A stretch of 64,000 nucleotides of DNA from Nitrososphaeria archaeon (GTDB lineage: Archaea; Thermoproteota; Nitrososphaeria; Geothermarchaeales; JDFR-13), in contig JALWXN010000004.1 of assembly GCA_027078545.1 (NCBI GenBank), positions 928,001-992,000 of the forward strand, read 5' to 3'. Made by a program: the position numbers and the translations under genes. Positions 18,387 through 27,326 of the stretch are shown here, piece by piece (positions within the stretch are counted from its first letter, which is position 1; each line of letters opens with the position of its first letter). The notes below the pieces were generated by a model. That model saw only the letters and a list, made by a program, of their open reading frames with translations. It had not been told where the DNA came from and made no database searches.

Positions 18387-19550
18387 TCACCTCGATAGGA
18401 TCGATACATAGGCGTACTGCCCAACACCACCTATGTTGTGGGTCAGGCCTACACCCCTCCTTATAACGGCCTGCCTACCCCTCTCCGCTTCACCACGTAG
18501 CTGCTTAACAATCTCCACGTACATCGCCACTCCGGTGGCCCCGACTGGGTGGCCCTTCGCCTTCAAGCCGCCGTCGAGGTTGACCTGCACCTCTCCCCCC
18601 ACATATGTCTGCTCCTCCCTGATAAGCTCCACGCCACGCCCCCTATCGGCGAAGCCTAGATCCTCATAGGCCAGGATCTCCGCAATGGTGAAGCAGTCAT
18701 GGACAGTGGCCACGTCTATCTCCGCCCTGGGGTCCTCTATCCCCGCAGCCTTATATGCCTTCTCAGCCGCCCTCCTAGCAGACTCTATCGAGGTGTAGTC
18801 GGCCCTACCCGTCAGGCTGGCCGGCATCGATGAGTAGCCTATCCCCCTTATCCATATAGGGGTATCGACTCTTAGCTCCCTGATCGACTCCTCACTACTT
18901 ATGACCACCGCTGCTGAGCCGTCGGTGATCGGGCTACAGTCATAGAGCTTTATCGGCCTAGCTATATACCTACTCCCCATACACTCCTCGAGGCTTATCT
19001 CCCTCTGGTACTGGGCCTTAGGATTCCTGGCACCGTAGAAATGGTTCTTCACAGCCACTCGGCAGAAGTCCTCCTCCGTAGCCCCATACTCATGCATATA
19101 CCTCGTCATGAATAGGGCGTAGTAGCCTGGGAATGTTATGCCGTAGTCCCTAACCTCCCAGAAGTATGAGCCCAGCCTAGCTAGATACTCAACGGCACCC
19201 GGAGTCCCGAACTCATTCATCTTCTCCAGCCCAATGACGAGTACGTTCTTGGCGGCCCCACTCCTAACCATGTTGTAGGCGGTGTAGATCCCAGCACTAC
19301 CCGAGGCGCAGGCCGCCTCTACCCTATGAACAGCTATTGGGTTAAGCCCTAGATGCTCGATATAGACCCCTGCAGGGCTGAACTCTGGTGTGAAGCCCGT
19401 GCTCGTGAAGACGATATAGTCTATATCCTCAGGCGATACGTAGCCCTCGTCCCAGACCTCCCTCACAGCCTCCTCGACAAGCTCGAATATGTTGACGTCA
19501 GTCCTCCTACCGAAGCGTGACATGCCTATCGACGCTACTCCTACCCTCAT
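18387..19550 (-). CDS. Thiolase (acetyl-CoA acetyltransferase, archaeal/SCP2-like)
   Basis: EAACASG, HDCFT, GHPVGATG motifs. Confidence 0.93.
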   Translation of the reverse strand: MRVGVASIGMSRFGRRTDVNIFELVEEAVREVWDEGYVSPEDIDYIVFTSTGFTPEFSPAGVYIEHLGLNPIAVHRVEAACASGSAGIYTAYNMVRSGAAKNVLVIGLEKMNEFGTPGAVEYLARLGSYFWEVRDYGITFPGYYALFMTRYMHEYGATEEDFCRVAVKNHFYGARNPKAQYQREISLEECMGSRYIARPIKLYDCSPITDGSAAVVISSEESIRELRVDTPIWIRGIGYSSMPASLTGRADYTSIESARRAAEKAYKAAGIEDPRAEIDVATVHDCFTIAEILAYEDLGFADRGRGVELIREEQTYVGGEVQVNLDGGLKAKGHPVGATGVAMYVEIVKQLRGEAERGRQAVIRRGVGLTHNIGGVGQYAYVSILSR

Positions 19551-19592
19551 CCCAATCCACATGATTGTATAGGGGGTTTACAATCCATAAGT

Positions 19593-20027
19593 CTATACTG
19601 TGAATATCCCTCCATACCCCAGGTACGCCAGGCCTAGTAGGAGGAGTATACCCAGTAGGAAGCCCAGCCTCCTACCCGTGAGGAGCATAAGCCCCGAGGG
19701 GATATGTATAGCCCCCAGCAGGGGGAGAACCATGAACCATTCAACAGGCTCGAGGGGCATCAATAAGGTGTATATGATTGGGGTGGCCAGCAGTATTGAT
19801 CCGAGGATCTTGGCTAGGGCTCCGTCTCCACGTATCGATATGCTCCCAACCAGGATTAGGATCGACGAGAATAGGTATATGGCTCCTCCTATCAGGGCGA
19901 GTACTAGGAAGAGGCCTATGGCTCCAAGCCCACCCTTGAAGTCCGTCAGCTCCCTCAGGAGGTACCACCCAACTATAGATAGGAGCTCGCCGGAGAGTAT
20001 TAGGAGGATCCCTAAGCGACGCGACAC
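19593..20027 (-). CDS. Membrane protein of unknown function (~5 TM)
   Basis: Almost entirely hydrophobic; same strand as neighbours. Confidence 0.65.
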   Translation of the reverse strand: MSRRLGILLILSGELLSIVGWYLLRELTDFKGGLGAIGLFLVLALIGGAIYLFSSILILVGSISIRGDGALAKILGSILLATPIIYTLLMPLEPVEWFMVLPLLGAIHIPSGLMLLTGRRLGFLLGILLLLGLAYLGYGGIFTV

Positions 20028-20063
20028 ACCTAGTAAATGGGTTGGGAGGGATAAATTAATGGG

Positions 20064-21293
20064 CTATCCCCTGATATACTCCCTCCCTATATAGTCCCTG
20101 GCGATGATGATCTTCATGATGTTCTGGCCGCCCTCAGCCCCTACGAGGTAGCTGAGTATACCTAGCCATCCACGGTATACGTTGGACTCCTTCATATAGC
20201 TATAGGCACCCATCCACTTCATAACCTCCTCATATATCCTGGCCGCAGCCTCAGGCCCCTTATACTTCGCCAGGGCGACTGGGATATTCAGGTCCTTAGG
20301 GTTTAGGGTAGGGTCGCCCTCACGGTATATCCTGTCAACCATCCAGGCAGCCCTGAGTGTGAAGAGCCTAGCCGCCTCCAGCTCGGCGTAGAGCTCTGAG
20401 AACCTCATGTATATCCCCTGGAATGAGGAGAGCCTCCGTCCATTGAAGAGCCTCCTATTACGTATCCACTCGACACCCTGGTCCAATGCCCACCTGGCAC
20501 TCCCTACACAGGCGGCTGCCACGAGGATCCTGGCTATGTTGAAGCCCTCCATCAGGATGTAGAAGCCCTTCCCCTCCTCACCAACCCTATACCTATCCTC
20601 GATGGGGAAGCCCTCGACCTTGAAGCCCCCTGTTGAGAGGCCGCCCCTACCAATCTCCTCGAATATCGTGTAGTCTATCTCGCCCAGGAGCTCACCATCC
20701 CTCCTGGGTAGGAAGGCGAAGGTCGTTATATTCCTATGCCCATAGTCGAGGCTCCCAGTCTTGGATACGAGGAGCCAACCACCACCATCGAGCTGCTCCA
20801 ACACCTCCCGGACACCGCTTATATAGATCTTCTCGCCACTCACCCTCCAAACACCATCACCCTTCTCGGCGAAGGTTTTTATACCAGCCACGTCGGAGCC
20901 TCCATGGGCCTCTGTAGAGGCTATCCCGAAGAAGTACTCGCCCCTCACTACCCTGGGCAGCACCTCGGCCTTCACATCGTCATTGGCATAGAGCTGTAGC
21001 AGGTATGGCCACCCATTGTTGAGGAGTACGTATACAGCTATAGCTACGGCCGGGTCGTGGTATGCGAGCTCCTCTATCGCTAGGGCCGTCCTGAGATATG
21101 TCTCCCCCAGGCCTCCATACTCCTCGGAGATCGGCATACCTAGGAGGCCCTGCTCCCCCATCCTCCTGATGAGGTCCGTGGGTATCACGCCCGACTCGTC
21201 GATCTCCACCCACCTAGGCTCTATATACTCCTTGGCAAACTCGGCTACATTCCTCTTGAAGAGCTCATCCTCCCTGGATAGGCTGAAGTCCAT
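20064..21293 (-). CDS. Acyl-CoA dehydrogenase
   Basis: ASTEAHGGSD, SGEKIYISG, VGAEG motifs; start set at MDFSLS. Confidence 0.92.
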   Translation of the reverse strand: MDFSLSREDELFKRNVAEFAKEYIEPRWVEIDESGVIPTDLIRRMGEQGLLGMPISEEYGGLGETYLRTALAIEELAYHDPAVAIAVYVLLNNGWPYLLQLYANDDVKAEVLPRVVRGEYFFGIASTEAHGGSDVAGIKTFAEKGDGVWRVSGEKIYISGVREVLEQLDGGGWLLVSKTGSLDYGHRNITTFAFLPRRDGELLGEIDYTIFEEIGRGGLSTGGFKVEGFPIEDRYRVGEEGKGFYILMEGFNIARILVAAACVGSARWALDQGVEWIRNRRLFNGRRLSSFQGIYMRFSELYAELEAARLFTLRAAWMVDRIYREGDPTLNPKDLNIPVALAKYKGPEAAARIYEEVMKWMGAYSYMKESNVYRGWLGILSYLVGAEGGQNIMKIIIARDYIGREYIRG

Positions 21294-21342
21294 CTCAGGA
21301 CACCTAGGTATTAGATCCCGGATCCCCGTATTTATTGCCGGC

Positions 21343-22233
21343 CTACTCCCCACGCCTCCTATATGGCATGCCCAGAGTCCTAGGCGCCCCGACCAGCCTC
21401 CTCAGCCTAGGTATGTGGAGCATGGTTAGGAAGATTATCGTCGCTATGTAGGGCGTGGTAGAGGCTAGGCGGGAGTCTATCGGGATGCCCAGAACCTGAA
21501 CCAGTATACCCGCCTGTGTCAATAATCCGAAGAGGTGTGACACGGGCAGAGCAAGTAGGGGGTTCCACAGGGAGGTTATCACCAGTGCAAGGGCTATCCA
21601 TCCCCTTCCACCGGATACGCCGAAGCTCCATACAGGGATTAGGGAGAGGGTGAGCTTGGCACCCGCCAAGCCTACTATGAAGCCACCAATAACTACAATG
21701 TAGAGCCTAAGCCTATAGACGTCGTAGCCCAGGTAGTCCAGCCCCTCAGGATTATCCCCGAGACCCCTGATGACTAGGCCGGTCTTCGTCCTACTCAGTA
21801 TGATGTATAGGGTCGGGGCTAGGAGATAGGCCAGTAGTGTCAGGATATCCAGCATCGGGAGGAGCTGTGGGAGCTTCTCAACCTCAATACCTGTGAACCC
21901 ACTACCCAGTGCACTGCTTAGGCCCAGGCCTATGAAGAGGACGGCCAGCCCACTCAGGACCTGGTCGCCCCGCAGGTATATGCTTAGGAAGCCATGGATA
22001 GATGCTAGGAGCGACCCTGCCAGGCCGGCTAGTAGGATGGCCAGGAGGTGGCTCCCAGTTGTGATGTAGACAGCGACCGCTGTGAGGGCGGATAGTGATA
22101 TGATCCCCTCGACGCCCAGGTTTAGTATACCCGCCCTCTCCTTCAACAGCTCCCCAAGCGACGCGAGCAGTAGTATGGTGGAGGAGTCTATAACTAGCTG
22201 GACTATAGCCTCCTGGCCAGCCATCCTATCCAC
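21343..22233 (-). CDS. Nucleoside/sugar (CUT2) ABC permease
   Basis: ERAGILNLGVEG, GRGWIALA. Confidence 0.9.
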   Translation of the reverse strand: MDRMAGQEAIVQLVIDSSTILLLASLGELLKERAGILNLGVEGIISLSALTAVAVYITTGSHLLAILLAGLAGSLLASIHGFLSIYLRGDQVLSGLAVLFIGLGLSSALGSGFTGIEVEKLPQLLPMLDILTLLAYLLAPTLYIILSRTKTGLVIRGLGDNPEGLDYLGYDVYRLRLYIVVIGGFIVGLAGAKLTLSLIPVWSFGVSGGRGWIALALVITSLWNPLLALPVSHLFGLLTQAGILVQVLGIPIDSRLASTTPYIATIIFLTMLHIPRLRRLVGAPRTLGMPYRRRGE

Positions 22234-23231
22234 CTCTCCAGGTACTGGGTAGAGACGAGCATAGCGAGGAGGAGGCCAGTCATCAGGTATGTAGCCTCCG
22301 TAGGGATGTCAGCCACTATGGCTAGGGTATAGGAGCCGTACAGGAAACCCGCAAAGAGTATAGACGCTATGGGGACTAGCAGGGGGTGGTTAGAGGCTAG
22401 TAGTGCTACTATAATAGCCGTGTATCCGAGGCCGGAGGAGAACCTCGGCATAAGCCTGTAGTAGCTCCCGAGGAAGTCGCCAGCACCCGCCAGGCCAGCC
22501 AGGAAGCCGCTTATGAAGAGGCCGCTCACTATGATCATCCTCCTGTCATATCCAGCATACTCAGCCGCCTCACGGTTAAGGCCGTAGACCCTCAATTTGA
22601 AGCCATACCTCGTGTGGAAGAGGAGGTGGTACAGCACAGGCGCCAGTAATAGCATGATAGCCAGGCCCCCCACGAACCCCCCTATCTCAGGAAGCCTATA
22701 GAGACTGGGTATCTCAGGCGTGACGGGGAACCCGGTCTGGGGATCCCTCCAGACACCGTAGACCACGTAGTAGAGGAGGTATAGAGCCACGTAGTTCAAC
22801 ATGAGGGTTGTGAGCACCTCGTTAACCCCTAGCCTCCACCTCAACACCCCTGGGAGAGCCGCGTATAGACCACCTATCAACGCACCCATTAGGAGGGGGA
22901 CTACAGGCCCTCCACCGTGGAGGCTAAGGATATATACTACATATCCAGCAGCCAGCCCTCCAAGGACATACTGCCCCTCGGCACCTATGTTCCAAAGACC
23001 CGCCCTGAAGACTATGGATAGGCCCAGCGATATTATCCCTAGGGCCGCCGCAAGCCTCATCGTCTCCCTCAGACCGTAGGGGTCTAGGAAGGCGTTCCTA
23101 AACATCTTGAGGTAGGCCTCAACAGGGTCTCCACCATATAGGATGATCACACCACTATAGGCGGCGACGGCTATAGATACTGCTAGTAGAGTGGCCAATC
23201 CCCTGTATAGCTGCATAGGGCTCAGCTCCAC
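22203..23231 (-). CDS. Nucleoside/sugar (CUT2) ABC permease
   Basis: RAGLWNIGAEGQ, NEVLTTLMLNYVA. Confidence 0.9.
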   Translation of the reverse strand: MELSPMQLYRGLATLLAVSIAVAAYSGVIILYGGDPVEAYLKMFRNAFLDPYGLRETMRLAAALGIISLGLSIVFRAGLWNIGAEGQYVLGGLAAGYVVYILSLHGGGPVVPLLMGALIGGLYAALPGVLRWRLGVNEVLTTLMLNYVALYLLYYVVYGVWRDPQTGFPVTPEIPSLYRLPEIGGFVGGLAIMLLLAPVLYHLLFHTRYGFKLRVYGLNREAAEYAGYDRRMIIVSGLFISGFLAGLAGAGDFLGSYYRLMPRFSSGLGYTAIIVALLASNHPLLVPIASILFAGFLYGSYTLAIVADIPTEATYLMTGLLLAMLVSTQYLERWIGWLARRL

Positions 23232-24538
23232 CCGATCCCGGACATAAGCATCTTGAGACGGTCTACATCTGCCTTATCAGCGGGCACCGGCTCGGATACC
23301 CGGCCCCTATAGACTACAGAGACTAGACCCCCCAGCATAAGGGCCTCCTCAATATCCTCCGTGAAGTATATCACCTCACAGCCCCTCTCAACCGCCTCCC
23401 AAACCCTCCTATGTAGGAGGGCCATGCTCCTCATGTCAAGGCCCCTGGTTGGATACATGAGGACACACCTATCCTGGGAGAGCTCCACCTCCCTACCTAC
23501 TATGAACCTCTGCATATTCCCACCGGATAGACGGTCTATAGGGGTATAGATATCCTTGGCGACCACCTCATAAGACCTCACGATCCTAAGTGTAAACTCC
23601 TCATAATCCACATCCCTCTCGAGAACCCTGAACCTGACATTGTCCACCAGTGACATACCCGGTACCACAGCCCGGTAAGGATTGCCCGGCACATAGCCCG
23701 TGAAGCCCCTCGAACCCGATAGATACATGTTAGCCAGCTCCTCCTGACCATTACCCTCGATCCCCAGGTAGACCCTAAGCAGATCGGTCCCCCCACCACC
23801 ATGCCTGTCCCCAAGGAACTCCTCCCCCCTGAACATCAGTCTATAGAGCCTATCCACGTCATCAACACCACCTGTATAGGCTACCTGCCCATCCCTAAGG
23901 ACGGTGACCCTGTCACATATCTCGACGACCTCGTCCAGCCTATGGGATATAAATATGAAGGAGAATCCAGCACCCCTGAGAGCCCTTAGAAGCCGGGCCA
24001 GGTCCTCCACCTCGACGGGCGACATGACGGAGGTGGGCTCATCAAGTATAACTATCCTGGCGCCGGTGGATAGAGCCCTCAGTACCTCTATCTTCTTAAC
24101 CATACCCCTCTCAAGCCTCTCTACAGGCGTCTCCAGGTCTACCTCCAGACCCAGCTCATCAACTATCCTGTGGACCCTCTCCACAGCCCCTTTTCCATTG
24201 GATAGGCGTATATTCTCGATCCCTGTGAGGCTGGGTATCAATACGTTGTGCTGTGGAACCATGAATATCCCGTGTCTCCGGGCGTCCTGGGGACTCGATA
24301 TCCGTGTCTTGACACCCCTTATAGATATCTCGCCGGCCGAGGGCCTCACCACGCCGTAGAGTACATGGACGAAGCTCGTCTTACCAGCCCCATTCTCACC
24401 GACCAGGCCGTGTATCTCCCCCTCGTAGAGGGTTAGGGATACCCCCTTATTCGCAACCGTCCCGTCGCTATAGACCACCCAGATATTCCTAGCCTCTAGG
24501 AGTGGGCTACTCCTCCCCTGGGAGGTCACCCACCACAC
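23222..24538 (-). CDS. CUT2 ABC ATPase with two fused NBDs, second one shortened
   Basis: GENGAGKT, ILDEPT, LSGGNMQR, PTRGLD. Confidence 0.88.
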   Translation of the reverse strand: MWWVTSQGRSSPLLEARNIWVVYSDGTVANKGVSLTLYEGEIHGLVGENGAGKTSFVHVLYGVVRPSAGEISIRGVKTRISSPQDARRHGIFMVPQHNVLIPSLTGIENIRLSNGKGAVERVHRIVDELGLEVDLETPVERLERGMVKKIEVLRALSTGARIVILDEPTSVMSPVEVEDLARLLRALRGAGFSFIFISHRLDEVVEICDRVTVLRDGQVAYTGGVDDVDRLYRLMFRGEEFLGDRHGGGGTDLLRVYLGIEGNGQEELANMYLSGSRGFTGYVPGNPYRAVVPGMSLVDNVRFRVLERDVDYEEFTLRIVRSYEVVAKDIYTPIDRLSGGNMQRFIVGREVELSQDRCVLMYPTRGLDMRSMALLHRRVWEAVERGCEVIYFTEDIEEALMLGGLVSVVYRGRVSEPVPADKADVDRLKMLMSGIGWS

Positions 24539-25637
24539 CCTCTAGGAACCACTTCATACTGAGCAGCTCAGACTTGGTCAGCTGCCTACCAGGCTCCGCC
24601 CTAACCCTTCCACGCCTATCGACTAGGGGGCCTGTGAAGGGTTCATAGCTATTCTCAGCCATCAACTCCCTAATCCTCATTATCTCCTCCCTTACATCCT
24701 CGGGGACCACGTCCGATATAGGGGAGATCTCTACAGCCCCCTCGTAGAAGCCCCACCAATAGTCCTTACTCTCCCAGACACCTGTGTATGCCCTTATAAG
24801 TACATCCTCATAGATCACACCCCAGTTAGCCAGGTGACCAGTCAGGTGGGCGTTGGGGCCATACTTAGACATGTCGCTATAGTGGCTGAAGCTATAGACA
24901 CCATTCTCCTCAGCCACCTGGAGAACGGTGGGCGTATCCTCGGTGAAGGCTAGGACGTCGCAGCCAATGCCTATCAACTGCTCAGCAGCTGCACGGGCGG
25001 CCTCTGGGTTGAACCATGCGTTTATCCATATCACATGGGTCTCAACATCGGGGTTCACCCTCCTAGCCCCGAGGTGGAAGGCGTTGATATGCCTTATGAC
25101 CTCAGGGATCGGGTGGGCAGCCACATATCCAAGCTTGTTAGACTCGGTAACGGCACCTGCAGCCATACCGTTGAGGTAGAAGGGCTGATACATACGTATG
25201 AAGTATGTACCCACATTCTCCCTCCTCTTGAAGCCGGAGCAGTGCATGAATATCCTGTCGGGATACCGCCTACCAGCCTCTATAGTGTCGTCCATGTAGC
25301 CGAAGCTGGTCGTGAATATGACCTCATACCCCTCATTGACTAGCTGGGTAATCACGGGTAGAGACTCATTCTCAGGCACAGACTCCACATACTCCGTCTC
25401 GAGGAAGTCCAGCCTCTCAGCCACATATCGCCTACCAAGGTCATGTGCATATGTCCAGCCGAAGTCCTCGACATTGGAGATGTATATCCAGGCGGCCCTA
25501 AGAACATCCCTCTCTCCGCCAGGGGTGGCAGCCTCCTGAGCATCCCCACCAGCGGATAGCCTACCCGCCAGGAAGCCACCGGCTAGGCCTGCAACACCAG
25601 CCCCAAACACCTTAACGAACTCACGCCTATCGCTCAT
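24507..25637 (-). CDS. BMP/PnrA-family substrate-binding protein with Tat signal
   Basis: SDRREFVK twin-arginine motif; DFGWTYAH, FTTSFGY, IPEVIRHINAF. Confidence 0.9.
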   Translation of the reverse strand: MSDRREFVKVFGAGVAGLAGGFLAGRLSAGGDAQEAATPGGERDVLRAAWIYISNVEDFGWTYAHDLGRRYVAERLDFLETEYVESVPENESLPVITQLVNEGYEVIFTTSFGYMDDTIEAGRRYPDRIFMHCSGFKRRENVGTYFIRMYQPFYLNGMAAGAVTESNKLGYVAAHPIPEVIRHINAFHLGARRVNPDVETHVIWINAWFNPEAARAAAEQLIGIGCDVLAFTEDTPTVLQVAEENGVYSFSHYSDMSKYGPNAHLTGHLANWGVIYEDVLIRAYTGVWESKDYWWGFYEGAVEISPISDVVPEDVREEIMRIRELMAENSYEPFTGPLVDRRGRVRAEPGRQLTKSELLSMKWFLEGVVGDLPGEE

Positions 25638-25656
25638 GTTTGACACCTTGACAAAA

Positions 25657-25669
25657 ATGTTTAAAACAT
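25657..25669. promoter_or_regulatory. Palindrome ATGTTT-A-AAACAT in the divergent promoter (candidate operator)
   Basis: Seen directly in the AT-rich region between the BMP gene and the regulator. Confidence 0.45.
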
Positions 25670-25803
25670 GGGACTTGAATAAAAATAAATTTTAAGTGTT
25701 TATGTAAAGTATGGCATATAAGGGGTCAAGGGTTTAACGATATGCTTAAATAATGTGGGGTGGATTATTTAGAGAGACCAGCGAATTTAAAGGGTTGTTT
25801 AAA

Positions 25804-26535
25804 ATGAAGATGAAGTATGGATACATTGTCAAGACGATGTATTTCAGGGAGCTCCTGAGGCAGGCCAAGAAGCTCTATAGCTGGGAGCAGATAAGGGAGA
25901 GGACTGGGATAGCCCCCTCCACACTCAGCAGGTATCTACATGGCAGGATAATCCCGAGTCCCGAGAGGCTCGACAGCCTGATAACAATCCTCGAGGAGAT
26001 GGTGGATATTAGGGAGCTTATACTAAACTACCTCGCCACGGATAGGTATGGATACCTCAACAACCAGAGGATCATAAGCGACATAGGACTCCTCAAGTTC
26101 ATAGCCATCAAGACCAGCGTGAAGTATGGAGGCACACCCGACGTCGTCCTGAGCCCCGCCACGGACGGGGTTCCATACGCAACCCTAGTGGCGGAGTATC
26201 TAGGGACACCACTGGTTATAGCTAAGGATAGGAAGGAGGTGGGTGTCCAGAGGCATATCGAGGCATCAGTGATAAACGAGGATGGGAGTGTGAGGACGCT
26301 CTACATAGCCCGTGGCCTCATAAACAAGAACTATAGGGTCCTGATAGTTGATGACGTGATAAGGACTGGGGAGACCCATAGGGCGTTGCTACAACTGGTG
26401 AAGAAGGCTGGTGCAATACCCATAGGGATCCACGTCATAGTAGCGGTTGGCGAGAGGTGGAGGAGCCTGGTGGAGGAGCATGGCGTGGAGGTGGATGCTA
26501 TCGTCCAGATAGGTTCGCGGCTCGGACAAGGCTGA
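25804..26535 (+). CDS. XRE-type HTH fused to a PRTase domain (PurR-like regulator)
   Basis: HTH TGIAPSTLSRYLHG; PRPP-binding motif VLIVDDVIRTGET. Confidence 0.85.
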   Translation: MKMKYGYIVKTMYFRELLRQAKKLYSWEQIRERTGIAPSTLSRYLHGRIIPSPERLDSLITILEEMVDIRELILNYLATDRYGYLNNQRIISDIGLLKFIAIKTSVKYGGTPDVVLSPATDGVPYATLVAEYLGTPLVIAKDRKEVGVQRHIEASVINEDGSVRTLYIARGLINKNYRVLIVDDVIRTGETHRALLQLVKKAGAIPIGIHVIVAVGERWRSLVEEHGVEVDAIVQIGSRLGQG

Positions 26536-26583
26536 ATACGTCATCCCCCGGGGTAGGTCAGCTCCGGGTAGTGTCGTCATAGC
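26520..26583 (-). ncRNA. C/D box methylation-guide sRNA
   Basis: Minus strand reads ATGACGA (C) - CACTACCCGGAG - CTGA (D') - 13 nt - ATGACGT (C') - ATTCAGCCTTGT - CCGA (D). Both 12-nt guides match conserved archaeal 16S segments. Confidence 0.75.
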
Positions 26584-26717
26584 CACTCATCAATATTTAC
26601 AGATCATCCTGATAAGGCTTCTACTCATTTCTGATACTGAATATAGATACGCCGGGTCGATACATGCATAGCTTGGTCCACCGTTAAATCCCTTCTACGC
26701 CCTACTATCTCTATGCG

Positions 26718-27326
26718 ATGAGGAGGAGTAAGTATATCGCCCTCACCTCAGTCTTCGGTGGACTCGCAATCCTAACATCTATATCCGGCCTATCCAGGGT
26801 ATTGGTCTACCCACTAGTCCCATACCTGAAGTTCGATCCGGCCGAGATCTTCATAGTAATAGCATACCTGATAGGGGGTCTACACGTAGGGCTCACCACA
26901 TCGCTTATACACCTGGCCGGACTGATGCTCCTGGCTGACGAGCCTATAGGCCCGGTTATGAAGTTCCTAGCCGTCGCCTCGATGCTCCTAGGGCTGGAGA
27001 TAAGCGGTAGGCTCGGCCTGGACAGGCTGAAGAGATACGTATTGACGACGGGGCTCAGGGTCTCCGTGATGACCCTTGTCAACGCTGTGGTCCTATACTT
27101 CCTATTCCCAGGCTTCCTAGAGTTCTTCAATGGATACGTCTCCAGCCTTGGGCTCGAGGGGGCGCTCGCCGCGCTATTCCTAGCTTTGATACTCACAGGG
27201 GTCTATAACGCCATCCATACAGTCTTCACCCTCCTACCCTCCGAGGCTGTGGTTGCCAAGATACTCCCCATCATATCTCCTGTATCACCCTTACGACATC
27301 GAGGCGACGAGCCTTTAGATAGTTGA
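26718..27326 (+). CDS. ECF transporter S component (RibU/PanT-like)
   Basis: About 6 TM; YPLVPYLKFDPAE motif after TM1. Confidence 0.75.
   Translation: MRRSKYIALTSVFGGLAILTSISGLSRVLVYPLVPYLKFDPAEIFIVIAYLIGGLHVGLTTSLIHLAGLMLLADEPIGPVMKFLAVASMLLGLEISGRLGLDRLKRYVLTTGLRVSVMTLVNAVVLYFLFPGFLEFFNGYVSSLGLEGALAALFLALILTGVYNAIHTVFTLLPSEAVVAKILPIISPVSPLRHRGDEPLDS

Noticed and set aside
26545-26557. Similarity of CTACCCCGGGG to the 23S peptidyl-transferase region
   Set aside because: The match is short and lies in the sRNA spacer, in sense orientation on the box-bearing strand, so it is not a guide.
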